A stretch of DNA of 64,000 nt from assembly GCA_000165425.1 (NCBI GenBank), contig CT868656.1, positions 1 through 64,000 on the forward strand, in the 5' to 3' direction. Both the position numbers and the translations under genes were made by a program. The notes under the pieces were generated by a model that saw only the letters and a list, made by a program, of their open reading frames with translations, ran no database searches and was not told the origin of the DNA. This stretch comes from Paramecium tetraurelia. Its lineage: Eukaryota. Positions 1 to 13,761 of the stretch are shown here, one piece after another (within the stretch, counting starts at the first letter, position 1; each line of letters begins with the position of its first letter).

Positions 1-3000
1 ATTTTATTTATCATCTTGTCTATGTCCACCAGGATAATTTGATGTTGGATAATTGGAATGTGCAAGTAATTCTATTTTAAACATTATCAGAATGTCACTA
101 TTCTTGTTTTTAATGCTTTGATAATACAGCTGAAGGTTGCATAAATTGTTCAATTGATTTTCATCTTAGAGTGTTAAAAGGAAATACTTGTAAATGTATT
201 GATGGATATTATGATGAACCAGGATCATCTAAATGCAAAAGTAATTATTAACATTATTTTTATAATAGAATGCTCATATAAATGTGAAACCTGTGAAGAG
301 TAAGCTGAAAAATGTTTGAGTTGTCCTTTAAATTAATTACGTACTTTTGATTCCACTACAGGTTGTCTTTGTCCAGGAGAGTATTATGATTAACAAAATG
401 TCATAATTTGTTAAAGTAATATAAAAATAAATTAAAGAATGTCATTTCAAATGCAAAAATTGTAGTGCCTAAACTGAAAGCTCATGCCTCTCATGCGATC
501 CATTGTCATATAGAGAAATTAAACTTTAATAATGTAAATGCTAACCACATTATTTTGAAATGGAAGTTTAGGAATGTGCAAGTAATTATTATGCTCAATT
601 ATAGTTTGTAGTGCTCTTTGTTATGAATGCGTTGATAGACTTGATAATTGTACTTCATGCTATGATGATAGATATCTAATTGGAAATAAATGTTAATGTG
701 CTTCTAAGTTTTAAGGGGCTTCGATAAGTACATTTGAGTTTAATGGTATGGTTAAATGCTAAAGTAAATCTTCATATAACTGTAAGAGTGCCATTATTCT
801 TGTGCAACATGTGGAGGAAAAGAAGAAATAGATTGCATTTCTTGTATTGACACTGATAATAGGTATTAAGTAGGCAATACTTGTGTTTGCAAAGAAGGAT
901 ATTATGATGCAGGATTGCCTGTCTGTTAAAGTATTTATCATTTTTTTATCAATAGAATGCAGTTACAAATGTAAAGGATGCTCAAAATAATCTGAATATT
1001 GTACTTCTTGTTAAGATAATAGTTTAAGGTAGTTAGTTTCAGATTTTAAAACATGCAAATGCAATTAAAGATATTATGGAATGATGGATAAAAATGAAGT
1101 TTGTTAATGTATATATTTCTATGTTTATAATTAGAATGCCATTACTCATGCCTTAGATGTAATGACATCGACACAAAATGTGAATTATGCTCATTTGAAT
1201 CAAATAGAATTTACAATGATTAACTATTTTCTTGTGATTGTGATGTTGGTTACTATAATACTGGAGTTTGAAATCTGTTAAAAATGTCACTATTCCTGTT
1301 TAAATTGTAATTCTGGATATTCAAGTTCATGTATTTAATGTGTTGATTCTAACATTTCAAATAGAGTATTTTATAATAACACTTGTAAATGTTTATTTGG
1401 ATATTTTGATGATGGCTAATCAATTAAATGTTAAAAATGTGATGTTTAATGTTTAAGTTGTATTAATCAATCTTATTAATGTTTATCATGTCCACAAACA
1501 AGGAAATTAGAAACTAATTGTAAATGTTAACAAGGATATTATGATATTGGATTACAACTATGTTAAAAATGTAATTCAATTTGTTCTGCATGTGAATTTA
1601 CATCTAATAATTGCACATAATGTGATTCTGATTAATTTAGAGAACTTAATGAAATTACTAAAACTTGTGATTGTTAAATTGGTTATCTTGAACTTAATGG
1701 AATTTGTTAATAATGTGATCAAAGTTGTAAAATATGTTAGTAATAATTGAATCATTGTACATCTTGTGTATAATTTAGAAAATTAAATAATAATAATTGC
1801 ATTTGTATTGATGGTATGTTTGAATCAATTTAAGATAAATAATGTAAGTTATGTCATAAAACATGTTTAACATGTGCTTATTCAGATTAATATTGTTTAA
1901 CTTGTTCCGTTGATAATTTTAGAATATTTAAATCTGGAAATACTTGTGAATGTATATAAGGATACTATGAAAATTAAATAACTTATGCATGTGAATAATG
2001 TTCAAAATCTTGTTTAACTTGTTCATAATAATATAATAATTGTTTAACATGTGATACAACTCTTAATTTATCTTTAATCAATAATCAATGTTTATGTTCA
2101 TAATCCTATTATTTTAATTCTTTAACTAATTCATGTTAATGTAATACTATTATATTTATATAGAATGTAATATCACTTGTTTAGATTGTTAAATTCAGAA
2201 TGAATGTACATCATGTAAATTAACAACCAGACATTTAGATTAAGATTAAAAGAAATGCATATGTAATGATGGTTATTATGAAACAAACTAAGCAAATTGT
2301 TAATGTATTATACATTATCTACTTTTAGAATGTCATTTATCATGTGAGACTTGTATTAATATCGATACTAATTGCTTAAGTTGTATGAGTATATCGAATA
2401 GAATATTAACTAATAATTAATGTTTGTGTATATAAGGATATTATGATGCAGGAATTGAAATATGTTAAAAATGTAATGGTAAATGTAAGACGTGTTAATC
2501 CTCTGCTTTAACTTGTTTATCTTGTTATCAAATTGAACAAAATAGATATTAATCAACAGATAAATGTTTATGTAAATCTGGATATTTTGAATCAAATACT
2601 GATATCTGTTAAAGTAATCTTAATTAATTAATAATTTAGAATGCTCAAACGAATGTCTAACATGTTAAGGTTCGCCTGATTATTGTACAAGTTGTGATAC
2701 CAATTCAAAAAGAATAGATTAATCATTTATTCACAAATGTCCATGTATAATTGGATTTTATCAAGATCAAAATTAGATTTGTTAAAGTAAATATCCAAAT
2801 ATTATTTAAAGAATGTCATTATAAATGTTAAACTTGTATAAATGTAAGTGATTAATGTTTAAGTTGTAAATTTGAATTAAATTCAAACAGAAAGTCTTTG
2901 TCTGATTAATGTAATTGTAAAGAAGGTTATTATGATGATGGAACGTAATCATAATGCTAAAAATGCAATGTTAAATGTAAAAGTTGTATAAATGATTCAA

Positions 3001-6000
3001 ATAACTGTTAAATTTGTTAAAATTCAATACGATTTAAACCCCCAATGTGTAATTGTATTGATGGATATTATGAAGATTCATAATTGACATGTTAAAGTAT
3101 TTATTATCTTAAAATAAGTGTGTGCATATTAATGTAATACATGTGCTACTTAACCATAAAATTGTTTGACTTGTAAACCAGGAAGATCTGGAAATGATTG
3201 TAAATGTAGTGATGGATATTTTGAAAATGGATCCATATTATGCGATTGTATTAATTATTAACAATCTCATATAGAATGTGCATTTCAATGTGATACTTGT
3301 AGTAATTCATCATCGAATTGCAACAAATGTAAAGGTAATAGAATTTAAGAACCTTAATGCATATGTCAACCAGGCTATTTTGATGATCAATTAAATGAAG
3401 ATTGTTAATTATGTGATAGCTCCTGTTTGGAATGTAATAAATTTGGGTGTTTATCTTGTAATGCCAATAGAATAATAAATGATGATATGAATTGCGTGCC
3501 TCCACCAAATTCAATTTGGTATTATAATACTCCTTGGTGTTCAAGTAAGTGAATTTCAATATTTTTAGCTTGTTAAGTTGCAGTTATTAAAGTATACTTA
3601 TCAGATGATATCAGGAGAATAATTATTCATTTTGATTTCGTTTTAAATTCAAAATCATTTAATTCATAATTTGAATTAAATAAATGTTTGTAATTATTTG
3701 AATTAGAATCTGTCTCAAATTTTGGGTTAAATTGTTAATGCTTTCTTGATCCAGATGATAATAATCAATTATTTATAACTTTAGGAGAAAACTCAAAAAT
3801 AAATGTAGGTGATGAATTACTATTTCTAAGTAATTCTTTATCTCATGTTAATTGTGAAACTACTTTAAACAAGTTTATTTTTCCAACATTATAATTGCCA
3901 CTAAACCCATTGGCTCCATAAATTGAGTATATTGTACCTTTACATAAATTGAATCCTTATACAGAGAACTCAGTTTATTTGAAATCAATAAAAAACTATG
4001 GATTTAGAAAATTAACTAATATCAACTGGACTGTTTAAGCAGAAACAAGCCAAATTACAGTATCCTTGAGCGATTTCATTACATAAATCAATTTACTTTA
4101 GGAATAAAATTTACTTATACCCAAACTTACATTACCTGGTGATGAAATTCTCAAATTTAAGATCTAATATGAAAATTTCATTAATATTCATTCATAATCA
4201 GAATTTACAATATAAACTCATTCAGGATGCCTTCCATATATTGAAATAACTGCAAAACCTTAATATTTTGTTTATGAGACAATTACTATAAGTTTATCTG
4301 CTAACACTATGTATTAATCAAATGAAACGGATAGTTCTAAATATTAGATTGAAATTAGTGAAATTGATAGATAACCTTAAAAGTCATCGTCTTCACAATT
4401 AAATAAATCCTTGTAATCAAATCCTTTTGAAAAAAATTAAGCAAGCATTCTAAAATATACATTAAGCCCTAATACAACTTATACATTCTAAATTAATGCA
4501 TCAAATTTAAATACTAATAAGGCTCAATAATAAAATTTGAGTATCTACATTCCATATGCTGGATTAATATGCAAATTTAACAACAAAGGAATCTAGAGTA
4601 TTAGAAAGGATCTCAATTTATAGATATAATGCAGAGATTTAGACACAATATATGATTGGAATACTGATCCAGATTTGTATGTCCAAGTAGCCTGTAAGGA
4701 TTTAACTTTAAATAGCACTTGCATAAATTAATTAAAATAATTAATTAATGTCAATGTTACAGATACATTTTAATTTATTAAGAAGAATTCAATTTCTTCC
4801 TTAACTGTGTAGGAATGGTCAGTCATAGTAACCAAATTTGACTAAATTTACAAATTTACATAAATTATCGTTTTTCTTGAGGATGATTTCCCTGTTTTTA
4901 GATTTAGAATTTAATGAGGGTTATTTAATGAGACAAGTTAATAATTATGAATAGCTGAATTTTACATTTCTAATCCCATTCAATTAAAAATCTTAGTTAT
5001 TAGATCTATCAATTGCACTTATATATAACTATCAGATAATAGCAATACTGTAACCTAAATATTTTTCTCATTAATTTAAGTTATTTAATAGTCTAGAAGA
5101 GTTAAAATTGGGGAATAACATAAATCTTAAATTTACAGCATAATATACAAACAATATCATGCCTAGTCTAAATACCATAAAACTGACTATTAATTAACCT
5201 CCTATCTGTTCAAAATTAACTATTACTCGTTCTAATGATTAAGCACTTTCAAATATGATGGTTACAACTACTTGTTAATACTCAGATGATTCTCCTTATA
5301 AGTACGAACTTAGAGTATTTTTGAGAGAATAAGATTTAACAGATTTTTTGAAAGGTTCATCTGATAATTCCTTAATTTTTTATCCTTATTAGTCATAAAC
5401 CCAATTTTAGATTTTAATTTCCTACTTCAGTGGATTCTTCAAAAATTGGGCTTTTATTATAAGTGCTTTGATTAAGGAGGATCAACAACTCCTATTTATG
5501 AGTTAATTACTTCAACCCCTGCAAAAATTAATTGTTCCTAAATATAATTTACAAATTTGAATTTGTAAAACAAGATTTCTTTGTTATTTGAAGCAATGAA
5601 TTAAAAATGTAATTAGTTACATAATTAAATTTATCTTGATTTACTTTACTAATAAATTTTGCCAGATTAGAACGATAACATCCTAAAATTTTAAGCTATA
5701 AAATTATATAGGTAGTTTTTAATATAGTTTGGATAGACCAAACCTAAGAATCGATTATTATTTGAATCAAATTAAAAAGGATGCTATGATAAAAATTCAG
5801 GTCGTTTCTTTATTACATAAAATGAGGATGAATCTAATTCAAATTCAACAACAAAGATAGAAGAGTTACAAGATAATGTTAAGAAATTAGATTCATCATT
5901 TAAATATTTTAGAGGAATGAAAAAGTAAAGTGAAGAGGGGCTCAATCAAAATAATTATGTTTGGAATCAAGAACTTTTCTAATAACTATAAAACTTTTAA

Positions 6001-7513
6001 GGAGGTTTAACCAATCTATTATACTTTGTTGATGAATTGTATTCTAACTTTTTATCAGCCAATACAACAAATACAACAATTTACTCAAGCATTGTGGAAT
6101 TGTTAAAGTATAAAAGTACTATTACATATGAAATATAGAATAATATTGTTGTTAATGACTAACCATTATATATTGAGGGTAAAGATATGATTTTTTAATT
6201 AAAAAAAAGAACAAAAAAGATATTCAATTAATAATTTAACGTTGAACCAACTTTTGAAGACTACATAATAGATTTTATTCAATATGAATCTACATTTCTT
6301 TCAATAAATCCATTAATATTCAGTCCAGAGTAAGATAAAATACTCTAATAACATTTTAAGGACAAAACTATGCAAATATTGTCAGATAATTATTACTTAA
6401 TCAAATTATTCAATGTTATTTAAAACAGATATTTAAAAAATGAAAATATTTCATCTTAATTTGGCACTAAATTTGGAACATATGAGAGCTGTTCTAATTA
6501 AACATAAAAAATTAAAGAATATGAGATATTGTGTATTTCAAGAACAGTCTCTGGAGGATTCAGTTAATGCAATTTAAATAAGATAGAAAACAACGAAACT
6601 ATTGAATTAACTTGTAAATGCTAGAATTTTGGAGAAATATTTTTGGTTTCTTCTACAAATTTTAGTGTAGATGTATTCAATAATAGCACAGAAGAAACTA
6701 ATTTTACTATTACTTCAATCAAAGATGATTTCTTTATTTTGATTATTTGTACAAGTTTGTTGACTATTATACTTTTTGGAATTTATATTTTTTAATTAAT
6801 CAGGGATTTGAAAGATAATTCAGATGATGAAATGTTATAAGAAGTTTGTAGTGTGAAGGTCGATGTAAATAAAATGATGTACAAAGGAAGTTCTACACTT
6901 TTCAAATAAAAATTCAAAGTATATTTTTAATTTAATTATTAGGAAATACATCAAGTCATTTCACTTGTTAATTATAAAGACTAGTAAATTAAATTTAGTT
7001 ATAGAATTTTAGAAGTCATATCCTAAATTAACTTATTGTTAACATTTAATATTGTAGAGTTTTACTTCTAAAGTCTTAACAAACCCCTCATTTTTGCTTT
7101 TATGATAGTTAACCCTATTATTGTTTTTATTCTGAGAATAGCTTATAAAATTATTGAAGCTATATACAGATTCAGAAATATTCCTGCAATTATTAGTTCG
7201 TTCATTCTAATCATATTATTGATATTGCCCAATATTGTCCTCTTTATTATGTACAGAACTAGGTAATTATCCATTATATTTTAGATCGGAAGCTCAATCA
7301 GAAATATATTTAATGGCTATTATCTTCTTCACGAATATTCTAATTTCATAAACTATAATTGAAGCAATGGCAATATTTGGAAGAATTTCAATTTATAGAT
7401 ATATAGCCTCAAGCCTCAAATAAATGGAATTTAATCCATTATTTCATTTGATGCATTTTTTCGTTCTTCACAGTTGTCTTGAAGATATTTATGACGAATT
7501 CTTAAAAATTTGA
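1..7513 (+). CDS. Large cysteine-rich (furin-like/IGFBP-like repeat) surface protein with REJ-like region, GPS-like motif and C-terminal TM segments; 5'-truncated by the window edge, several 1-nt indels
   Basis: Table-6 translation gives many C-H-Y-S-C-x2-C...C-x-C-x2-G-Y-Y-D repeats (1-3540) with ~20-27 nt introns, then an Asn/Ile-rich region, ELTCKCQNFGEIFL at ~6604-6645, hydrophobic segments at 6730-7380 and TGA at 7511-7513. Extra bases versus the inverted copy near 1268, 4895, 5420 and 5467 break the frame. Confidence 0.85.
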
Positions 7514-8032
7514 AATGATACTTTGAATTATATCTTTAATTATATTAAAATAAAAATTGAATATAAAAAAGAATCAAAATTATAATATATAAAAGAGTAA
7601 AGACTTGATTGAAATTCATAATGTATTCATTCATAGTATTAAATTATCAAATTTATAGTTATTCACTATTTATTTAAATGACTTAGATTAAATATAAATC
7701 TAATGTTTAAAAGCAATTTCATTAAGTTTAATTATATCTCTGATTTATTATGTTGTTATGAATTTTCACTTGAATTATCATTTGAATATACTTTGACTTT
7801 AATAAAATAGTTAGTCAGATTATATCAAGCTATGATATAAACCATATAATTGATAGAAATGATAGTAAATTTATCATGATTATAAAAAATAAAAGGTACT
7901 TTAAGTATTCAAAGCACAAATATTATTATTTTAATACTTTGCTAAATATAATAAATGATGTTGCTGAATTTTACATATCTAGTTAATAAAATGAAATAAA
8001 TAATTGATAATATATATGATGTATTTGATATA

Positions 8033-9040
8033 TCAAGTTTTTCCGAAAATAATCATTAAAATTTCGAGTATTCTCAAAAACAAGATAACAATATCAACGT
8101 ATAATAACATGGCTGCAATAATATAATCATCAATTGTTAAATAATTAGACTAAATTTGAATTATAATTTTACATGATTGCCAATAATAAGTTAAGTATCA
8201 AAGATGATGTATCCTCCATATATGATTATGCATATAGTACATATGAATAAATGGAACCAAATATTTCTAACGAATAAGCCAATAATGCACATAATCAAAA
8301 CACTCATACTTAAAACAAAGCAGAAATGTCCTTGAATAATAAATGAAGTAATCAACCTGCAGCTGAATAATCTGTTTTTGTACGCCATGCATATATAGTG
8401 AGCATAATAGTAATTGCCACAGTGATTGATGCTGCAATGATGACCAATTGAACTATACAATATTTAAATTGAGAATTTACCTCCATTTGATAATAATTCA
8501 AAGCAAATGATGCAAGGTGCAGCCACAACAGTACTAAAGCATAGAGTAAAAATAGTAAGTAGTATGTAATTGAGAGGCACCTATAAGATATTATATATTT
8601 CATACTTTTCTCGCCACTTTTCTGCAACAAAAGATAGCAACTTCAATGACTAAGGCAATTACAAAGCAAAATATAGTTAATGGTGTGTATTGAATTGTTG
8701 ATGCATTGATGATGGCATTTCTTACATTTTGGAAATAATAAGATGCCAAAATTAACAGAAATGTGATAGCAAGTTAAAAACTCATGATGGCATAAACTTT
8801 CACAATGAATCCAGCTCTAATATCGGAATCTGCAGAGCTTACTAAACCTGAACATTCAGAATCATTTACTGCCATAGGATTATTAAATGCAGCATGATTA
8901 ACATTTCCAATTTGATAGGCAAGTTGTTGTGGCTATTTATTATTTTAATTAAAAGGATCTTATTAATTAGGAGTTTATTAATTGTATTAAAGTTATTGAT
9001 TTGGATCATCAGAGTAATACCTATTATTGTTGTTATACAT
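8033..9040 (-). CDS. Bax inhibitor-1 / TMBIM (Lifeguard-like) membrane protein
   Basis: MYNNNNRYY... start; DIRAGFIVKVYAIMSFQLAITF; GGYIIFDTQLII; YIIAAMLLYVDIVILFLRILEIL C-terminus typical of the family. Confidence 0.9.
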
Positions 9041-9085
9041 GTAATTTATTAATATAATAATGATATAATAACATAACATACTAAT

Positions 9086-10287
9086 TCAATTGATTTATTT
9101 CTATTGTAAATGATGAATTGCATCATTGATCATATTACTCATTTTTCTATTCTAAAGTGTTACTTTACCTAATGATCCAAGTTGTCTTTCCATTTTATCA
9201 ACATTCTTATCCTTATCTTCATTACTCATAAGAAGACTTTGAAAACTTAAGTAATTGTAATCCTTTTTTAATGAATATTTTTGAATGACCTTATGCCTAA
9301 TTAGGATATAATGAGATACTGTTCCAATTCTTTGATTGTTTTAGAAGATTCTAAAATTGATTTCTTGATATCAAACAGTTCTTAAAACTTTTATTATTCC
9401 AAGATCTTATTAATGGAATTAGCAATGTCTCTCAATTAATATCCAGCATTGAAATTCCAGATTTCTCCTTATGAATTAACTTTTGGTAGAATGAATAACT
9501 TCTGCAACTACTGGAAATTTAAATGAATATGATTGGTATCCTCATCTGGGAAGAATATAGCTTATAAATCAGGTTTAAGTGAAACTTGAAATTTGATGAA
9601 TTTTTCTAACCTTTAATCATTTTACCATAATTTCTTGAGTTAATCCAATTTGGAATGAAATTCTTTGATGAGTTCTATGAGATTATTAATAGCATGATTG
9701 TCTGATTGCATTCTTCTTGCTGTAGACTATTCAGATAGGCAACTTCTTGAAATGTCATGTTAAGGTATTTTGACAGATTGATTAGATGAAATCATGTCTA
9801 TAGTATCCTTGCTATCAAGGTTTATAGGTTTAAATTTGTTATCAGTTGAGAAGTTGTTTTTAGTAGGAGCAATTATATACTTTTTAGATTTCTAATCAGC
9901 TTTAATTTAGGAAACGTAATGGCTTACGTTATTAAGGACTTTATTCATGTCGTGTTTAATTTATCGATTATTTGCTTTGGCTATTTCGATTTGTTCTAAA
10001 TAGACATTTATGGATGGTGCTCCAAGACTTTGATTTCGTATTCGATTTAGGGTTAATTTGCGTTTAGGTTATAGTTGTTCTTAGGATTCACTCTGAAGTT
10101 CTACTGATTGACTGAGATGTTTAGGGAACTCTTATTAAAGTTACACATTTTTAGGGGAGTGGAAAGGTTCTTTGGATTTTGATTTAGTTTACTTTATGCA
10201 ATCGCTGTTTTGTATTGGTACATGAGGTGCCTTGTAATTAACAAGACTATCTAGCAGAGTGAATTTAGAAAAGCCAAAGGATTTCAT
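9086..10287 (-). CDS. Hypothetical protein
   Basis: Table-6 frame from MKSFGFSKFTLLDSL to ...HHLQQKQIN-TGA; no motif recognised. Confidence 0.7.
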
Positions 10288-10317
10288 AATTTATTTATTT
10301 ATTTAATAGGTAAATAG

Positions 10318-11345
10318 ATGGAATTACTAAGGAGAGGATTTTAATCATTGGTGTAGATACACAGCAAATTAATCCATAAATATTATCAGCACTTATACCG
10401 AAAGAGAAAGCTAAGAACATTCTTGATGGGAGTAGGTAGATATGGAGATGTATAAAATTAAAAGGATCTTTGTATTTGCTGAGAAGATTATCACAATTGG
10501 CGATGACATTGACACCTTCATTACGAAGAAATCTTCTTGGAATATACGGCGAGGAATCTTGGGCTATTGTGACAGGAGTATCAGATGGGATTGGTAAAGA
10601 GTTTTGTATTTAATTGGCGAAATAGAAATTCAATATTGCCATAATAGGTAGGAATGCAAAGTAGATGGATTAACTCTGTTTATAATTATAGGGTTTTGGA
10701 GTCCAAACTAAATTCATAGTGGCTGATTTCAACTAAGGATATGAAGTTGATTTTTATAATAAGATCTACGAATAGCTTCATTATCTAGATATTTCGATAT
10801 TGGTCAATAATGCAAGAGTATTAGAAACTGGATAATTCGAATAAACAAAAATGGAAGACTCATTCTCGATGTTAAGAGTGAATGCACTATCTACTCTAAT
10901 GATGACTAAAATTCTAATCAACAAATTATAGAATAGAATTAAGAAAGCAGCTGTGATTACTATTTCTTCTGGATTAGCATATTTGCCTAGTCCATTGGTT
11001 AGTGTTTATAGTGGAACATCTGCATTTACAAATTATTTTACTTAATCTTTAAGCTTTACATCACAGAAAATAGACTTTTTGAGTGCCACTCCTTTGAGTG
11101 TTAAATCTAAGATGGACAATACAAAAGATCCTGATATTATTGAAACTTCTGAGTTTGTTAGAAATGTGATTAATGATTTGAGAGAGGGCAAGACACATAG
11201 TTTTGGTAGTTGTCGACACAGAAGATAGATCAATTTTTTGTTGTGGAGAAAGTAGAGTGTTAGAAATAAAGCTAGAATATTGTTGGGAAACTCTATAAGA
11301 GGTGCTCAGCTAGAAACAGGAAGATAGGAGGAAGTATAACAATGA
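10318..11345 (+). CDS. Short-chain dehydrogenase/reductase, 17beta-HSD12/3-ketoacyl-CoA-reductase-like, with atypical active site
   Basis: WAIVTGVSDGIGKEFCIQLA Rossmann motif; DISILVNNA; ITISSG; YSGTSAF at the YxxxK position. Confidence 0.88.
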
Positions 11346-11379
11346 AAGAATAAAATAAAATATATAAATAATAAGTTAG

Positions 11380-12780
11380 ATGAATTATTTTTTAATTTTA
11401 GTGTGTGTACTGCTTTGCTATTCGGAAATCATTAATGAGAAAATCAGTCAATTGCCATCTGATTATAATCATAAATGGTATGGAGGGTACTTGAATGACA
11501 ACCAAATCTATTACTAATTTCTGGTAAGTCAATCAGATCCAGATTCTGATCCGCTCTTTATGTGGATGCAAGGTGGACCAGGTTGCAGTTCACTATTTGG
11601 TAGCTTCTACGAAATTGGTCCATTCTAATTCAAACCCTTATCAAATGAAGTATTTGCATTCATCCTATTAAGTCATTCATCAATCCATACGCTTGGAATA
11701 AAAAGGCTAATTTGCTATTTCTTGAATTGCCCAAAGGAGTTGGATTCTCCAATCCTTCCAAATATTAAAATGATGCATCCGCTGCCTAAGATGCTTTAGA
11801 TGCTTTATTGGACTTTTTCGTCTAATTCCCAAATTATGAAAATAGGCCATTTTATATTGGAGGTGAATCATATGCTGGCATGTATATACCCTATCTTGCA
11901 TCCTTGATTATCAACTAATCCAAGAATACCATCAATCTCAAAGGAATTCTTGTAGGAAATGGTTGTACATTGGGTTCTGAATGCACAGATTTAAAATAGC
12001 TACCGTTATTTACTAGCAAATATTAATTTAACATTTATTTTTAAAGAGGATTTCTCAGTCTTGAAGACAAGTAATTACTCTTATTCTTATTAAAATAGAT
12101 AAAAGTATGATCAATTATGTTTAGATTTCACATCCCCTAGATGCATTGAATTACAAAAATAATTATTGGCTAAAATATAATACTCAAGAGTCGATATCAA
12201 TAACTTGTTGGGTGAATGTTATCATAATGACCCTGATGTGTAATAAGGAAATGGATAAAATAAAAGGAATCATCTAAATAAACGCAAGAGGTTTTTGCAT
12301 TTCAAAGGCATTACTGAATTACCATGCAATTATGAATATGGCAACTATTTCATGTTAAATAATAAAACTGTCTAAGATATCATACATGCTAAACATATGA
12401 AGTGGGGATCATGCAGTTCGAGTTTAGACTTCAAGGAAGATGAGTAAGGATCATATCGATTCTACTCTCAATTTTTGCATTATGGACTTAAGATTTGGAT
12501 CTATAGTGGAGATGTTGACAGCAATGTACCTATTACAGGAACTCTGGATTGGATTCAAATGCTTGTTAAGGAATAAAATTTATAGGAAACTGATCCTTGG
12601 AGAGCTTGGTTCATGGAAGGCAAGAAGCCTAAACAAAGACAAGTTGGTGGATTGACTTGGGAATTCAATAAGTAACTGAGATTTATTAGTGTAAGAGGAG
12701 CTGGACATGAAGTTCCCTTTTGGAAACCATAAGCTGGATATGTTCTTTTTGATAACTTTATTTATAATAACACAATTTGA
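11380..12780 (+). CDS. Serine carboxypeptidase, peptidase S10
   Basis: Signal peptide; [20 protein letters not shown] (catalytic Ser); [10 protein letters not shown] (Asp); GAGHEVP (His); two tiny introns. Confidence 0.95.
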
Positions 12781-12791
12781 AATCATTGTTA

Positions 12792-13646
12792 TCAAAGTAA
12801 CTTAACTAATTTTTCATAATTATTTTACAAGAAATCAATTATGATTGCCAATTATTCCAAATGGCCTTCTTTCTTATTTTGAAATCGATTCAATCCTTTA
12901 ATGCCCATACTTGCTTTCTCCAATTTGGCTACTTGTTTTTGGGCTTGAGATATTTGAAATTTCAAGACTTGATACAAGATTTCTCTATCTTTTGCATCAA
13001 AATGGGGATCACTGAAAACATTCTTGAGTAATTGAATCTTGCGATTTGAAGTCAATTCGTTTTCCATTTAATTTGTTTGTAGGATCAACAAATCTTGAGC
13101 AGTGACACTATTTTACAATAACTTGGGTTATCTCCTTAGATACCTATCATAATCCTATCGATCCAATCTCACCTTAAAAACATCGTCGAATGATAGGAAG
13201 TTCAATATTTATTGGAGAGTGTATTGAATGGCTCTACTCAAATGATGTTTGTATGTCTTATCAAAATGTTTGTTCTAAAACTTTCTATCCCTCTCTCTCT
13301 ATTCATATCGTTACTTGAATTGATCGTAGATTGGCTACATGGGTGTCACACTATAAAAGAGTTTTTTATTCTCAATAAAATTAGTTATTATTTATTTTTT
13401 CATCAATCTGGTTACTGCTGGCTTCGATTTCAATCTATTATTCTGTCTAACCGTTTCTGGTTTCAACAATTGCTTATCCTTACTTGCATTGCTCAAATCT
13501 CTTTTGTCATACACTTCTCCCTGGCAATCGACGTGCCTATTGGAGATGCAATTATTGTAAAAGTAGGGACTTTGTCTCTTGTATTCTTCTCTCTCAGTGT
13601 ATGGCGAGGTGATAAAGTTTGGTTCAGAGATAAGGTGTTTTCTCAT
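12792..13646 (-). CDS. Hypothetical protein
   Basis: Two track fragments (MRKHLISEPN..., ...ENELTSNRKIQLL) join under table 6; TGA at 12792-12794. Confidence 0.7.
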
Positions 13647-13761
13647 ATCGTAAAAATATTATTTATTTATTCATCAATTATTCCATCGATGTGAAAAAAG
13701 AGACATGTAATTATTATGAATAGAATTATTAATAATTATATTAATATATAATTTATAACAG

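Noticed and set aside
1261..1275. In-frame TGA as selenocysteine or a programmed frameshift
   Set aside because: It arises from one extra T relative to the paralogue, and the downstream frame is shifted, so readthrough would not restore it.
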